This document shows, piece by piece, positions 31,333-41,333 of a stretch of DNA of 41,554 nucleotides (positions are counted from its first letter, which is position 1; the number at the start of each line of letters is the position of its first letter). The notes beneath the pieces were generated by a model, which made no database searches, was not told the DNA's origin, and was given only the letters and a program-made list of their open reading frames with translations. Made by a program: the position numbers and the translations under genes. The stretch comes from a virus: positions 1 through 41,554 of IMG/VR virus record IMGVR_UViG_3300045988_117571; one strand, written 5' to 3'.

Positions 31333-31728
31333 ATGCCAAATGAACAGAATATTATCCCGTATCAGTTTGATAGCAACCAAAACCGGGAACAAGCCGCGAA
31401 GAATGGCGCAGCTGGCGGCCGTGCGTCTGCCGAAGCCCGCAGAAGAAGGAAAAGTCTGAGAGAAGCGGCGGAACTATACCTCTCCCTCCCCGTTGTTGAC
31501 ACGCGGGCGTGGAACAAATTGTCCCGTGATGGAGTAGACCCAGAAGACGTGAACAACCAGATGGCCGTTATTGCGGGTTTGACGATTAAAGCGGTCAAAG
31601 GCGATGCCAAAGCCGCGAAATTGTTGTTCGACCTGTTGCCGTCTGATGGGAAAGCGCCTCTGGAACAGGTGGAGGATGACCCGATCACTAGGAGTTTGAA
31701 AGAGGAGGCGGAGCGTGGCCTTTTCTGA
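31333..31728 (+). CDS. terS: Terminase small subunit
   Basis: 131 aa. The N-terminal basic motif is REQAAKNGAAGGRASAEARRRRKS. It lies immediately upstream of, and overlaps, the large-subunit gene. Confidence 0.75.
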   Translation: MPNEQNIIPYQFDSNQNREQAAKNGAAGGRASAEARRRRKSLREAAELYLSLPVVDTRAWNKLSRDGVDPEDVNNQMAVIAGLTIKAVKGDAKAAKLLFDLLPSDGKAPLEQVEDDPITRSLKEEAERGLF

Positions 31729-32929
31729 CAAGCAACGAAAAATCATGCGTTTTCCATACACTGGATACGACGCTTTGATCTGTGATGGTGCTGTCCGTTC
31801 TGGCAAGACCTCCATTATGTCGCTGTCCTTCTTTTTGTGGGCTATGGGGAACTTCAACAACTGCGCCTTCGCGTTTTGTGGGAAATCCGTGGGCGCGGTG
31901 GAGAGAAACATCGTAACCCCGCTTTTGTCTGTGGTGTACCTGAAACAGAACTTTGATATCCGGTACAACCGAGGGGACCATGTGTTGATTGCTAGACGGG
32001 GAAACCGGGAGAACCGCTTTTATTTGTTTGGGGGCAAGGACGAATCTAGTTACATGCTCATCCAGGGCGTAACCCTGGCGGGGGTTATGCTGGACGAGGT
32101 GGCGCTGATGCCCCGGTCCTTTGTGGAGCAGGCGTTGGCCCGGTGCAGCGTAAACGGGTCAAAATTTTGGTTCAACTGTAACCCGGAAAATCCCCTCCAC
32201 TGGTTTCGGCAGGAATGGATTTTGAAAGCGACTGAAAAGAACGCCCTGCATCTCCACTTCCTGATGGATGACAACCCTTCTCTCAGCGAGGAGACCAGGA
32301 ACCGATACAAAAATATGTACACCGGCGTGTTTTACCAGAGGTACATTCTGGGCCAGTGGGTCATGTCGGAAGGGCTGATCTACGACATGTTCGACCACAC
32401 GGCCAACACCTACCGGGGGGAGATTCCCAGCCTCCCGTATACCTGCCAGCACTACATTGCCTGCGACTACGGAACAACCAATCCCACCGTGTTCCTGGAT
32501 ATCTACGACGACGGAGAAGTTATCCGGGTGGACCGGGAATACCGGTGGGACAGCCGGAAAGCACACCGGCAGAAAACGGACCAGGAGTACGCGGACGATT
32601 TTATGGAGTTTATCGGGGAACATTCCGCCACCGTTCTGGTGGACCCGTCCGCGGCATCATTTATCGTGGCACTACGGCAACGTGGAGTGTACGTCCGAGA
32701 AGCGGACAACGAAGTCCTAGACGGTATCCGCAAGGTGGGCGTGCTGTTTAAGCGCGGGGCACTGCTGATAAACGAACGGTGTGCTGGCCTGCTGGATGAA
32801 CTCGGGACCTACTTGTGGGACGACAAGGCGGCCATGAGGGGTGAGGAAAAACCTGTAAAGCAGCAGGACCATGGGCCGGACGCCCTGCGATATTTTGTGA
32901 ACAGTCTCCCGGATTGGAGGTTTGAGTAG
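31715..32929 (+). CDS. terL: Terminase large subunit (PBSX / Terminase_3-like, headful type)
   Basis: 404 aa from a GTG start with GGAGG 6 nt upstream. Walker A is CDGAVRSGKT and Walker B-like is VMLDEV. The C-terminal nuclease region follows. Confidence 0.9.
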   Translation: MAFSDKQRKIMRFPYTGYDALICDGAVRSGKTSIMSLSFFLWAMGNFNNCAFAFCGKSVGAVERNIVTPLLSVVYLKQNFDIRYNRGDHVLIARRGNRENRFYLFGGKDESSYMLIQGVTLAGVMLDEVALMPRSFVEQALARCSVNGSKFWFNCNPENPLHWFRQEWILKATEKNALHLHFLMDDNPSLSEETRNRYKNMYTGVFYQRYILGQWVMSEGLIYDMFDHTANTYRGEIPSLPYTCQHYIACDYGTTNPTVFLDIYDDGEVIRVDREYRWDSRKAHRQKTDQEYADDFMEFIGEHSATVLVDPSAASFIVALRQRGVYVREADNEVLDGIRKVGVLFKRGALLINERCAGLLDELGTYLWDDKAAMRGEEKPVKQQDHGPDALRYFVNSLPDWRFE

Positions 32930-34363
32930 GTGTCCAGACGCAACAAGAACCGCCCGGCGGGCGCACAAGTGAATACTGAGGCGGTGGCCGTTCAGGACGC
33001 TTTCAGCAACCCCTTGTTCCGCCTGGGCTACGGCTCCCAGTCTCCCCTGGAGGCCACGGAATACCCCCTAACTCGGATGACCGACAACTACGCCCTGCTT
33101 AATTCTCTGTATCGAGATAACTGGGTGGTTCAGAACGTGGTCGGCCTGATGGTGGACGATATGCTGCGGGAGTGGTATAAGCTCAAAGGTGGCCACACTC
33201 CGGAAGCCTTGGACGCCTTAGGTAAGGTGGAACGAGACACCAGACTGCGGGAGCGAATCAATGAGGGCTTGCGCTGGGGCCGCTTGTACGGTGGTGCCGC
33301 TGGTCTTATCGTGATCGACGGGCAGGACGACCTCTCCAAACCTCTGGACGTAGATATGATCTATCCTGGTAGTTTTAAGGGGCTGTACATTCTGGACCGC
33401 TGGCAGGGTGTGACACCCAACATGGGGCTTGTGTTCGAGGGTGGAGATCCGGTGCCGGAAAGCTACTCCATCACCGACGCCAAAGGGAACACAGTGGCTA
33501 ATGTTCACCACTCTCGCGTAGTGCGCTTCATTGGACGGGATCTGCCGTATTTGGAGCGTGTGGCGGAGATGTACTGGGGCGAATCCGAGGTAGAGGCCCT
33601 GTACAAGGACGTGGTGGCCCACGACAACGTGAGCGCAAACATGGCGGCCCTAACCTTTCAGGCCAACATCAACACGATGGAAGTCCCCGGACTGGAGCAG
33701 TTGTTTTCCATCGGTGCAACCCAAGCCCAGTGGCGCTTTTGGAAAACCATGCAAGCCCAGAGCGTATTGCGTTCCAACTTCGGTGTGCAGCTTGTAGAGA
33801 AGGACACAAAGTTCACCAACACCCAGTACCATTTCAACGGGCTCCAGGAGGTCTACGAGTCCATGTGCCTAAACCTCTGCGGTGCCTCCCACTACCCCAT
33901 GACGAAACTCTTCGGCCGCTCCCCTGCTGGTATGAACGCCACCGGGGAAAGCGACCTGAAAAACTATTACGACTATGTGGACAGCCAGCGGGAGGCGAAA
34001 CTGAGGCCCGCCCTGCAAAAGCTTCTTCCGGTGCTATGCATGAGCGCCTGGGGCTTCGTGCCGGACGACCTTGATTTTACGTTCCCGCCGCTGTGGACGC
34101 CCACGGCGACGGAGACGGCGGAAATTGCCCTGAAAAAGGCGCAGGCCATCCGGGACACCTTCCAGGCCGGTCTATTCCAGGCGGACACCGCCATGAAGGA
34201 GCTGAAGAAGCTAGAGGACGAGACTGGTATGTTTGGCAGCATCACCGACGAGGAGATCGCGGCCAACGCCGGGAAGTCGTACACAGATGTTACAGCTTTG
34301 CGGGACCCCTTGATGGGGCTGGGATATGGTGATTTGAATGTCAACACTGAACCGGGCGCCTAA
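32930..34363 (+). CDS. Portal protein (DUF1073-type)
   Basis: 477 aa from a GTG start with GGAGG upstream. It lies directly after TerL. The N-terminal pattern is FSNPLFRLGYGSQSPLEATEYPLTR...YRDNWVVQNVV. Confidence 0.8.
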   Translation: MSRRNKNRPAGAQVNTEAVAVQDAFSNPLFRLGYGSQSPLEATEYPLTRMTDNYALLNSLYRDNWVVQNVVGLMVDDMLREWYKLKGGHTPEALDALGKVERDTRLRERINEGLRWGRLYGGAAGLIVIDGQDDLSKPLDVDMIYPGSFKGLYILDRWQGVTPNMGLVFEGGDPVPESYSITDAKGNTVANVHHSRVVRFIGRDLPYLERVAEMYWGESEVEALYKDVVAHDNVSANMAALTFQANINTMEVPGLEQLFSIGATQAQWRFWKTMQAQSVLRSNFGVQLVEKDTKFTNTQYHFNGLQEVYESMCLNLCGASHYPMTKLFGRSPAGMNATGESDLKNYYDYVDSQREAKLRPALQKLLPVLCMSAWGFVPDDLDFTFPPLWTPTATETAEIALKKAQAIRDTFQAGLFQADTAMKELKKLEDETGMFGSITDEEIAANAGKSYTDVTALRDPLMGLGYGDLNVNTEPGA

Positions 34364-35507
34364 TTCAAGGGAGCTGGAAAAGCTCATCCAGATATTCCTT
34401 AAGGCTGAGACTGACATCATCAACGAGATCGGGCGGCTACGCTCACAGGGGCTGGTGGACTATCACGCGGTAGCCGCCTTGGAGCGGGTGCAGGTGATCC
34501 TCCGCAAGATGGAGAGCGATAGCTGGGAATATGTGCCGCGGATGGTGGGAAAACAATTTTACGTCCGCGTGCCGGAGGCCCGCAAGGCGTTGGAGATACC
34601 AGAGACTGCGAGGAAACATGCTGTGGGATACGCTAATGCCGTAGTGCTGACCGGAGAGCAGCATACAGTGGTGGACCAGTTGGTGGCGGCTTTGATGGGT
34701 GAGATCACCGACGCTTCTATAACGGCGCTGGAGACGGTCCAGAGCGCTCTGCTGGGGCCGGTGACACCCGGGGTATACCGCAGGGTGGGCCTTGAGCAGG
34801 TGGCCGCCATACAGGCCACTGGGCGGGGTATCAACAAAGCCGTACCCCAGTATGTAGAAGCCCTACGCCGGGAAGGAATCACCGCATTTGTGGATAAGGC
34901 GGGTCGCAACTGGTCCTTGCATACATATTGCACGATGGCGGCTAGGACCACATCCCGGCAGGCGGAGGTCATGGCGGTGCTGACAGCAGACCCGGAGCAC
35001 GACCTCTACAAGATAAGCAGCCACGGGACCACCTGCGCGCTATGCGCCCCCTATGAGGGGCGGGTATATTCCCGCAGCGGCACGGACCCGGATTTCCCGC
35101 CTCTGGCTGATGCCTTTGGTAAACGGGATCCGAGCGGCCCGAACACACTGGCCAACACCTGGCTAAATATCCACCCGAATTGTCTTCATGTTCTGGTGCC
35201 CTGGACACCAGCAGGGCGGACGCCGGAGGAGATCCAGAAGATCAAAGATTTCTCTGACCCCAGAAAGAATCCGTATAGCCGGGACCCACGGACAGAGAAT
35301 CGGATCAAAGCTTATCGGAACAAGGAGAAGGCCAGGGCGCAGTGGCTGCGCAACTACCGCCAGTGGGAGCGGTACCGCATGACCCTGGGCGACAAGGTGC
35401 CCAAGACCTTTGCCACCTGGCAGAAGCACAAGGCGGCGGATGATGAGAAGTATAAAAATTGGCAGAGACTGTACAGGGAGGCAAACCGTGACACCGGAAC
35501 TGATTAA
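34338..35507 (+). CDS. Head morphogenesis / minor capsid protein (SPP1 gp7 / Mu F-like)
   Basis: 389 aa. Motif: TTCALCAPYEGRVY...IHPNCLHVL (C..C...G...HPNC.H). It lies after the portal gene. Confidence 0.75.
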   Translation: MSTLNRAPNSRELEKLIQIFLKAETDIINEIGRLRSQGLVDYHAVAALERVQVILRKMESDSWEYVPRMVGKQFYVRVPEARKALEIPETARKHAVGYANAVVLTGEQHTVVDQLVAALMGEITDASITALETVQSALLGPVTPGVYRRVGLEQVAAIQATGRGINKAVPQYVEALRREGITAFVDKAGRNWSLHTYCTMAARTTSRQAEVMAVLTADPEHDLYKISSHGTTCALCAPYEGRVYSRSGTDPDFPPLADAFGKRDPSGPNTLANTWLNIHPNCLHVLVPWTPAGRTPEEIQKIKDFSDPRKNPYSRDPRTENRIKAYRNKEKARAQWLRNYRQWERYRMTLGDKVPKTFATWQKHKAADDEKYKNWQRLYREANRDTGTD

Positions 35508-35556
35508 AGCAATCCATACCGCCCTGGACAAGGGATGACTTCTTTTTGTTTGCGAG

Positions 35557-35799
35557 GTGATTTGCATGGACCATAATGCGGAATACATCGACCTGTTGAA
35601 AAAAGCTTTGGCCGCCGAGACAGAGACCGTGCGGCTGTACCTGGCCATTATGGCTATCGCGCCGAACAGCGCGCTCAAGCGACTGCTAGAGGTCAATACC
35701 GACGAGACGGACCACCAGGCAATCTTGGCGGACCTTCTGCTGGAGGCTGTGGCAGGCGAGAGCGCCGACCAGGAAGAGCTGGTCCCGGGGGTGGAGTGA
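35557..35799 (+). CDS. Small acidic hypothetical protein
   Basis: 80 aa (or 77 aa from the ATG at 35566). It lies in the head module. Its stop overlaps the next start. Confidence 0.45.
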   Translation: MICMDHNAEYIDLLKKALAAETETVRLYLAIMAIAPNSALKRLLEVNTDETDHQAILADLLLEAVAGESADQEELVPGVE

Positions 35800-36998
35800 T
35801 GCCCATTGCATACTATGGCTCCCAGATCAGCCCCCACCTGGTGGACACGCCGGAAGGGTTCCTAATCTGCAAGGACGTGCCCATTGCCCGAACCGGCCCC
35901 CAGGACTATTTGGCCCGTGAACTGATGCTGGACGGGGACCCGGACCGGCTCGTTACTGTGCAGAGGCATCCAGAGGATGTGTTCGAGGAGGCCACCCTTG
36001 CCAGCTTTGAGGGGAAGCCCATTTGTGACGGCCACCCCCCGGAGAACGTGGGCCCCGGGAACTACGCCGCATACACCAAAGGACACATACAGAACGTGCG
36101 GCGGGACGGGGAATACATTGTGGCCGACCTGTACATCAACGACGCGAACCTTGCCAATGAGGTAAGGAACAACGTCAAGCGGGAGGTCTCCTGTGGGTAC
36201 CTGTGCAACTATATCCCAGACGGGGTGGGGTACCGGCAGGAGCGTATCAGAGGCAATCACGTGGCAGTGGTCCCCAAAGGGCGGGCCGGTGCTGCGGTTG
36301 CAATACATGACACCGCCCCTGAGGCGGAGAAAGGCAGGAACAAACACGTGAGCGATTTTTGGAAGTCTGTCCTGACCGCCTTCGGCATGGCGGCAAAGGA
36401 CGCGAGCCCCGAGGAGCTGAACACGATGGTGGAGACTACCGCCGCCGCGCTGGATGCGGAACCCGTGAAAACGCCGGACGCAGAACCCGTGGAGGAGGAT
36501 CCCGCCGAGGAGAAGCCCACCGAGGACGCTGAGGTCATTGAGGAACCGAAGGGGGACAATATCGGCTCTAAGCTGGACCGCATCCTGGAGATGTTGGAAG
36601 CGAAAGCCAGAGGCGGCCGGGGTGAGCATCGTCTCCACGACGAAAGCGATCTGGACGAAATGATCGAGAAATTGTCCGGTGGCGAGAGTGCCATCACCGT
36701 CCCCGTGGAGGAGACCGACTGCATGACCGGCCCGGCCAAGGACGCTGCGGTGGAGCTGCTGCGCAAGGTACGCCCCGCTGTGGCCGCCATTGAGGACAAG
36801 CAGACCCGGGCCAAGGTAACCGACGCCCTGCTGTCTGCCATCCAGGGCAAGGACGTGATGCAGGACATCGCGAAGGCGGCTCTGGACAGCGCAAGAGCAA
36901 ATGCGGAGCAGACCAAGAAGACCAGCTACGAAAAGATCTGCGCCGATTCCTCCGCCGCTTACGCGGAGCGCAATCCTCACACGAAGAAGGAGGGCTGA
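35799..36998 (+). CDS. DUF2213-type scaffold/prohead-core protein
   Basis: About 399 aa. The N-terminal pattern is GFLICKDVPIARTGPQDY...FEGKPICDGHP...VSCGY. The C-terminal half is acidic and helical. It lies upstream of the capsid genes. Confidence 0.65.
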   Translation: MPIAYYGSQISPHLVDTPEGFLICKDVPIARTGPQDYLARELMLDGDPDRLVTVQRHPEDVFEEATLASFEGKPICDGHPPENVGPGNYAAYTKGHIQNVRRDGEYIVADLYINDANLANEVRNNVKREVSCGYLCNYIPDGVGYRQERIRGNHVAVVPKGRAGAAVAIHDTAPEAEKGRNKHVSDFWKSVLTAFGMAAKDASPEELNTMVETTAAALDAEPVKTPDAEPVEEDPAEEKPTEDAEVIEEPKGDNIGSKLDRILEMLEAKARGGRGEHRLHDESDLDEMIEKLSGGESAITVPVEETDCMTGPAKDAAVELLRKVRPAVAAIEDKQTRAKVTDALLSAIQGKDVMQDIAKAALDSARANAEQTKKTSYEKICADSSAAYAERNPHTKKEG

Positions 36999-37000
36999 AC

Positions 37001-37660
37001 ATGGCCCTTACCCCTCAGACCATTGGCCTGAATATGTCCCATGGATTTTCCGGGAGCTACGCCAGACAGCCGGATATGATCGTCAACACCGCCCCGCTGG
37101 GCGGGACGGAGATTATCCCTTTTGGCACCCCTCTGGTCAGGGGGGAGAACGGTGTGGTGCTCCCCATGGGTACCGGAAATACCGGAAATCAGTTCATCGG
37201 CGTAGCAGGCCGTGAAGTCAAGATCCCGGCGGAGTTTTTCAGCCAGAACGTGGGCCAATACACCCCGGAGGAGCCGGTTTCCGTGTTCCAGCGGGGGTGT
37301 ATTAACGTCAAGTGCCAGAAGGGTTCCCCCTCCATCGACGGGACAGTGTACGTCCGTGTCACTGCGTCTGGCAACTATGTTGTGGGTGGCTTCGAGGCCG
37401 AGGCGGACGGTACAAACACGGTTGCCCTCTCCAACGCCCAGTGGAACGGCCCGGCGGACAACCACGGCGTGGCGGAGCTGCGGATCACCTATGTGGGCCC
37501 CGCAGGCCCCAGCTATACCCTCCCAAACGCCACCACATCGACGAGAGGCGGTGTGCTTCAGATGGCCGCTATTGCGGACCTGACCGCAGCCCCCACGCAA
37601 CAAGATTTTAACAATCTTCTGGCCGCTCTCCGCACGGCGGGGATGTTGGCAAATTCGTAA
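37001..37660 (+). CDS. Capsid cement/decoration-like protein, paralog 1 (with C-terminal extension)
   Basis: 219 aa. It shares blocks with the next ORF: QPDMIV, IPFG.PLV, PVSVFQRG.INVK, GTVYVR, GVAEL. An extra C-terminal tail reads ATTSTRGGVLQMAA...DFNNLLAALRTAGML. Confidence 0.55.
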   Translation: MALTPQTIGLNMSHGFSGSYARQPDMIVNTAPLGGTEIIPFGTPLVRGENGVVLPMGTGNTGNQFIGVAGREVKIPAEFFSQNVGQYTPEEPVSVFQRGCINVKCQKGSPSIDGTVYVRVTASGNYVVGGFEAEADGTNTVALSNAQWNGPADNHGVAELRITYVGPAGPSYTLPNATTSTRGGVLQMAAIADLTAAPTQQDFNNLLAALRTAGMLANS

Positions 37661-37674
37661 AGGAGTGATTTTGT

Positions 37675-38187
37675 ATGGGACTGAATCCCCAGGTAATTGG
37701 CAAGGAAATGCCCCACGGGTTCGCAGGCTGCTATGCCCGCCAGCCCGATATGATCGTCGAAACCAGACCTGCCGGTGGAGAGGCCGCAATCCCCTTCGGC
37801 GCACCCCTTGTCTATGATGATGGTGCTGTAGTCCAGGCCGGTGCCAGCTTTACTGCCACTACTTTTGTAGGTGTGGCCGGTTGCGAGATCAAGAGCGCTC
37901 TGACTTATCTGGACCAGCAGGCGGGCCAGTACGCCCCCGGTGAGCCTGTGAGCGTGTTCCAGCGCGGCTCCATCAACGTGAAAGCATACGGCACTCCTGC
38001 CCTGGGCGGTACGGTGTATGTGCGCACCGTGGCCAGCGACGGGGCGTATACCTCTGAGCCTGTTGGTGCATTTACGGCCACCAATGAGAGCGGAAAGACT
38101 ATCGCGCTGACCAACTGCCAGTGGGGCGGCGCTGCGGATGCAAACGGCGTTGCCGAACTGGTCATCCTGACCAAGCTGAACGCCTGA
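37675..38187 (+). CDS. Capsid cement/decoration-like protein, paralog 2
   Basis: 170 aa, clearly paralogous to 37001..37660. It lies immediately upstream of the major capsid gene. Confidence 0.55.
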   Translation: MGLNPQVIGKEMPHGFAGCYARQPDMIVETRPAGGEAAIPFGAPLVYDDGAVVQAGASFTATTFVGVAGCEIKSALTYLDQQAGQYAPGEPVSVFQRGSINVKAYGTPALGGTVYVRTVASDGAYTSEPVGAFTATNESGKTIALTNCQWGGAADANGVAELVILTKLNA

Positions 38188-38202
38188 GAGGAGGAATAAC
38201 GA

Positions 38203-39234
38203 ATGAGCTTTACCAATGTCGGCACTACCAATGCCGGAACCTTTACCATGAAATCCACCGCTCCCGTGACTGGCGTCCCCACCATGGACGCTGACGGTAT
38301 CGCCACCGGCGGTGCGTTTCTTATTTCCGAGCTGGAGAAGCGGGACCCCATGATCCGCAAGCCCCTGACCAGCTTTACCTATCCCCGGGACATCGTGATC
38401 GAGACCGGTGGCGGATGGGTGGACTATGTGTCCGCTATGGCCGTAAGCTACGGCATTACCGGCGGGGCCACCAACTCCCCCGTCACTGCTGGTGGGGCCA
38501 ACGGCATCCCCACCGTGCAGGCCTCTGTGGACAAGGGCGTATACAAGGCCCACGTGTTTGCCGCCGCCCTGCGGGTCATGTTCCAGGATATGCAGCGGGC
38601 CAACTACATTGGCCGCAGCCTGGACAACCTGCTCCAGGACGGTGTCCGCATGGCCTACGACAAGCACATGGACGCCAACGTCTATGTGGGCCTCACCGAC
38701 TACGGCACCACCGGCCTGGTCAACAACCCCGACGCCACCGAGACCACCGCCGCCAACGGCGCGGCCGGCACCGCCACCTGGGCCACCAAGACCCCGGATG
38801 AGATCCTGAAGGACGTGAACGACGCCCTGGCCGCTGGCTGGGCTGCCAACGAGTATGACGAGACCGCCATCCCCAACCACATCCTGATCCCCTATGAGCA
38901 GTATCTGTACATCATGACCACTAAGGTGACTGACCTGGCCACCGAGACCATCTATGACTTCCTGATGAAGAACAACGCGGCCACCAAGGCGGGCGGCGAT
39001 CTGTTCATCGGGGCCACCCGGTGGTGCAAGGGCGCAGGCACCGGAAGCAAGGACCGCATGGTGGTGTACAACAACGACCGCCGGTTCGTGAAGATGGACG
39101 AGCTTGTCCCCATGAGCCGGATCATGTCCCAGCCCAATGTGGCTAACGTGTGCTATGACACCGCTTATATGGCCAACATCTCCGAGGTGCAGATCTTCTA
39201 CCCCACCTCTATCCGATACGTGGACGGAATTTAA
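38203..39234 (+). CDS. Major capsid protein (DUF2184-type, HK97-like fold)
   Basis: 343 aa with RBS GAGGAGG. Called from size, position and the pattern GGAFLISELEKRDP...L....YPRDI....GGGW. Confidence 0.8.
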   Translation: MSFTNVGTTNAGTFTMKSTAPVTGVPTMDADGIATGGAFLISELEKRDPMIRKPLTSFTYPRDIVIETGGGWVDYVSAMAVSYGITGGATNSPVTAGGANGIPTVQASVDKGVYKAHVFAAALRVMFQDMQRANYIGRSLDNLLQDGVRMAYDKHMDANVYVGLTDYGTTGLVNNPDATETTAANGAAGTATWATKTPDEILKDVNDALAAGWAANEYDETAIPNHILIPYEQYLYIMTTKVTDLATETIYDFLMKNNAATKAGGDLFIGATRWCKGAGTGSKDRMVVYNNDRRFVKMDELVPMSRIMSQPNVANVCYDTAYMANISEVQIFYPTSIRYVDGI

Positions 39235-39247
39235 GGGGGACCTGGAA

Positions 39248-39484
39248 ATGCTGGTTCTTTCCAAGCGGAACATTGTCATCCCCGCGCCGGACGGCTCCAC
39301 CTCTGTCCGGTTGCGGGCGGGCCTAATGGAGACTGTGCCAGACTGGGTGGCCAACACTGAATATTTCAAGGCGCTAGTAGCCGACGGCAAGGTGGTCCCC
39401 AGCGGCAGGAGCGACAAGGAGGCTCAAGCGGCCTCCGAGAAGAAGGTCAAGACCCGCCGGGGCAAGGAAGTAACTGAGGAGTAA
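39248..39484 (+). CDS. Small hypothetical head-module protein
   Basis: 78 aa from the ATG at 39248, with GGGGGA upstream. The longer track ORF overlaps the end of the capsid gene. Confidence 0.45.
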   Translation: MLVLSKRNIVIPAPDGSTSVRLRAGLMETVPDWVANTEYFKALVADGKVVPSGRSDKEAQAASEKKVKTRRGKEVTEE

Positions 39485-39499
39485 AGGAGGACTGCGGGC

Positions 39500-39988
39500 A
39501 TGTACTACTGGGGACACCCTCAATTTTTCGGGGTAAAAGCGGCGGCGGCCAACATCGGGACCGGTGTGGGCGACTATACCGTGGAGCAGTTCCGGGAGGA
39601 CTACCCGCAGTTTTTCAACGCTGAGGGTTACTTCTTGGGCTCCCTCCCCATGCTGGAGCAGATCATTCAGATGGCCAACGTCTCCATTCAGCCGGACAAG
39701 TGGCTGGACTCCTGGCGGTACGCGGTGGGGCTGTATGTGGCCCATTACGCCACCCTGTCCCTGCGGGGATATGCAGAGAGCAACGAGACACCCCAGCAGG
39801 CCGCAGCCTCTGGGGCGCTGGTGGGCATGGTCAAGTCCGCCACCCTGGGGGATGCGTCGGTCACTTACGATACCGCCGCAATCACAGCGGGCACCGAGGA
39901 CTGGGGCGACCTGAACAGCACCACCTACGGGCAGATTCTAGCGAACCGGGCCAAGCTCATTGGGCTTGCTGGCAGCTATGTGATCTGA
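39500..39988 (+). CDS. Head-tail connector protein (DUF4054-like)
   Basis: 162 aa with RBS AAGGAGG. Called from the pattern EQFREDYPQF...W..A.GLYVAHY and from position. Confidence 0.5.
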   Translation: MYYWGHPQFFGVKAAAANIGTGVGDYTVEQFREDYPQFFNAEGYFLGSLPMLEQIIQMANVSIQPDKWLDSWRYAVGLYVAHYATLSLRGYAESNETPQQAAASGALVGMVKSATLGDASVTYDTAAITAGTEDWGDLNSTTYGQILANRAKLIGLAGSYVI

Positions 39989-39998
39989 GGTGTGCGGT

Positions 39999-40412
39999 AT
40001 GAACTGGACGGATTGGTATACGGACACTGTGGACATCTACCGGGTGACCGCCGCCACCCAGAACAACCTGACCACCCACACCCGGGGGCTGGTGCGGCAA
40101 GGCGTGGCATGCCGGGTCTACCAGAACAGCCCGAAGGTCATCAACATGACCCAGACGGCGGCCAACACCAACGATGACAGTATGCTGGCCTGCGACAATT
40201 CTGTGGATATCCGGGCGGGGGATGAGCTCATCATCCACCGGGGCGGCCTGCCGCACGCCATCCGGGCTTTTGCCGGGGAACCCCACTACTACACCGAGCC
40301 GTTTGGCGCGGTCATGCCGGGGCTGGCCCACCAGCAGATCAAGCTGCTCAATCAGGAGCGGGTAAAGGATGGTGAGCGGGATGGATCTCAGGGAACGGGC
40401 GGCACAGCTTAA
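39999..40412 (+). CDS. Head closure / head-tail adaptor protein
   Basis: 137 aa from the ATG at 39999, with GAGG 8 nt upstream. The call rests on position. Confidence 0.45.
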   Translation: MNWTDWYTDTVDIYRVTAATQNNLTTHTRGLVRQGVACRVYQNSPKVINMTQTAANTNDDSMLACDNSVDIRAGDELIIHRGGLPHAIRAFAGEPHYYTEPFGAVMPGLAHQQIKLLNQERVKDGERDGSQGTGGTA

Positions 40413-40866
40413 GAAGATCGAGGCGCAGCTGCCGGGAAAGCTCAGGTCTGCTGCGTTCAACGCCACGCTGCGGGCCATCGAGACGGCGGTCGATGAGACG
40501 CCGCCTGTGACGGACAACCTGAAGGGCACAAACACCCGAACAGGAGAGATGAAGGAGCATTGGGTGACGGACAGCAAGCCCGCGCCGCAAAAGAAGGGCG
40601 GAGCTTATACCAGCACCCTGGCCAACGACAAGGAGTACGCCTCTTATGTGGACCAGGGCCACCGGATGGACCGCCACTTTGTGCCTGGACTTGTGGCAAA
40701 TGAGGCGTCCGGGATGTTGGAGTACAACCCAGACGAAAAGGGCGGCATCGTGGTGGGAACTAAGACCAAGTACGTCCGGGGCCTGCACATCGTGGATAAG
40801 GCCAAAGAGCAGTACGAGAAAACCCTGAAAAAGGAACTGGAGGGACTGAGGGAGATGATCGAGTGA
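40369..40866 (+). CDS. HK97 gp10-like tail-completion / neck protein
   Basis: 165 aa. Called from position and the loose family pattern TG.M...W. An alternative ATG lies at 40381. Confidence 0.45.
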   Translation: MVSGMDLRERAAQLKKIEAQLPGKLRSAAFNATLRAIETAVDETPPVTDNLKGTNTRTGEMKEHWVTDSKPAPQKKGGAYTSTLANDKEYASYVDQGHRMDRHFVPGLVANEASGMLEYNPDEKGGIVVGTKTKYVRGLHIVDKAKEQYEKTLKKELEGLREMIE

Positions 40867-41333
40867 ATTTTACAGTTTCAACGATCGCCCAGTCCCTCGC
40901 GGCGTATCTGGCCGACGTGCTGCCTGGGGTGACCATGTATGAGGACCCTAACCAGCAGGACAGCCAGTGCCCCTGCATGTTCCTTCAGCAGCGGTTTTCC
41001 TACCTCACCCGGGAGACCGGGACGGACTGGTTTCTGCGGCGGATCGGGCTGGACCTGACCTATCTGGTGGACTATAACCTGCCGGATATGCAGCGGCAGT
41101 ACCAGCAGGCGGCGGAAGCCCTGGACCTGGTGATGGAGACCTTTCCCTACACGGACGGGACGGAGGGAGGCGCGCCGGCGCTCCTGCGCACCTACGAACG
41201 GGAGTGGACCATCGACCTGGACGCCATGCACTACAAATTCGAGCTGCGGGAGCGGGTCCACATCCCGCGGCAGTACGCCAAGATGAGGACGATGGACTAT
41301 GACGAGGAGGTCCTGATCAATGGACAAGACTAA
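40863..41333 (+). CDS. Tail terminator / sheath-initiator-side protein (XkdJ position)
   Basis: 156 aa. GTGA overlap with the upstream stop. It is the last sizeable gene before the sheath gene. Confidence 0.4.
   Translation: MNFTVSTIAQSLAAYLADVLPGVTMYEDPNQQDSQCPCMFLQQRFSYLTRETGTDWFLRRIGLDLTYLVDYNLPDMQRQYQQAAEALDLVMETFPYTDGTEGGAPALLRTYEREWTIDLDAMHYKFELRERVHIPRQYAKMRTMDYDEEVLINGQD

Noticed and set aside
35508-35556. Small hairpin CCCTggacaAGGG followed by a T-rich tract after the head morphogenesis gene, as a possible terminator.
   Set aside because: - The stem is only 4 bp.
- It sits in the middle of an obviously co-transcribed head operon.
37558-39417. Very long antisense ORF (619 aa, minus strand) across the decoration and major capsid genes. 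Similar cases: 7121..8176 (-), 35862..36980 (-), 3481..4389 (-), 8118..8987 (-), 28825..29910 (+), 27848..28834 (+).
   Set aside because: - They lie opposite well-supported genes in GC-rich DNA, where stop codons are rare.
- Their translations are Gly/Arg/His/Val-rich low-complexity sequence with no RBS and no recognisable motifs.
- This is a typical high-GC antisense artefact.
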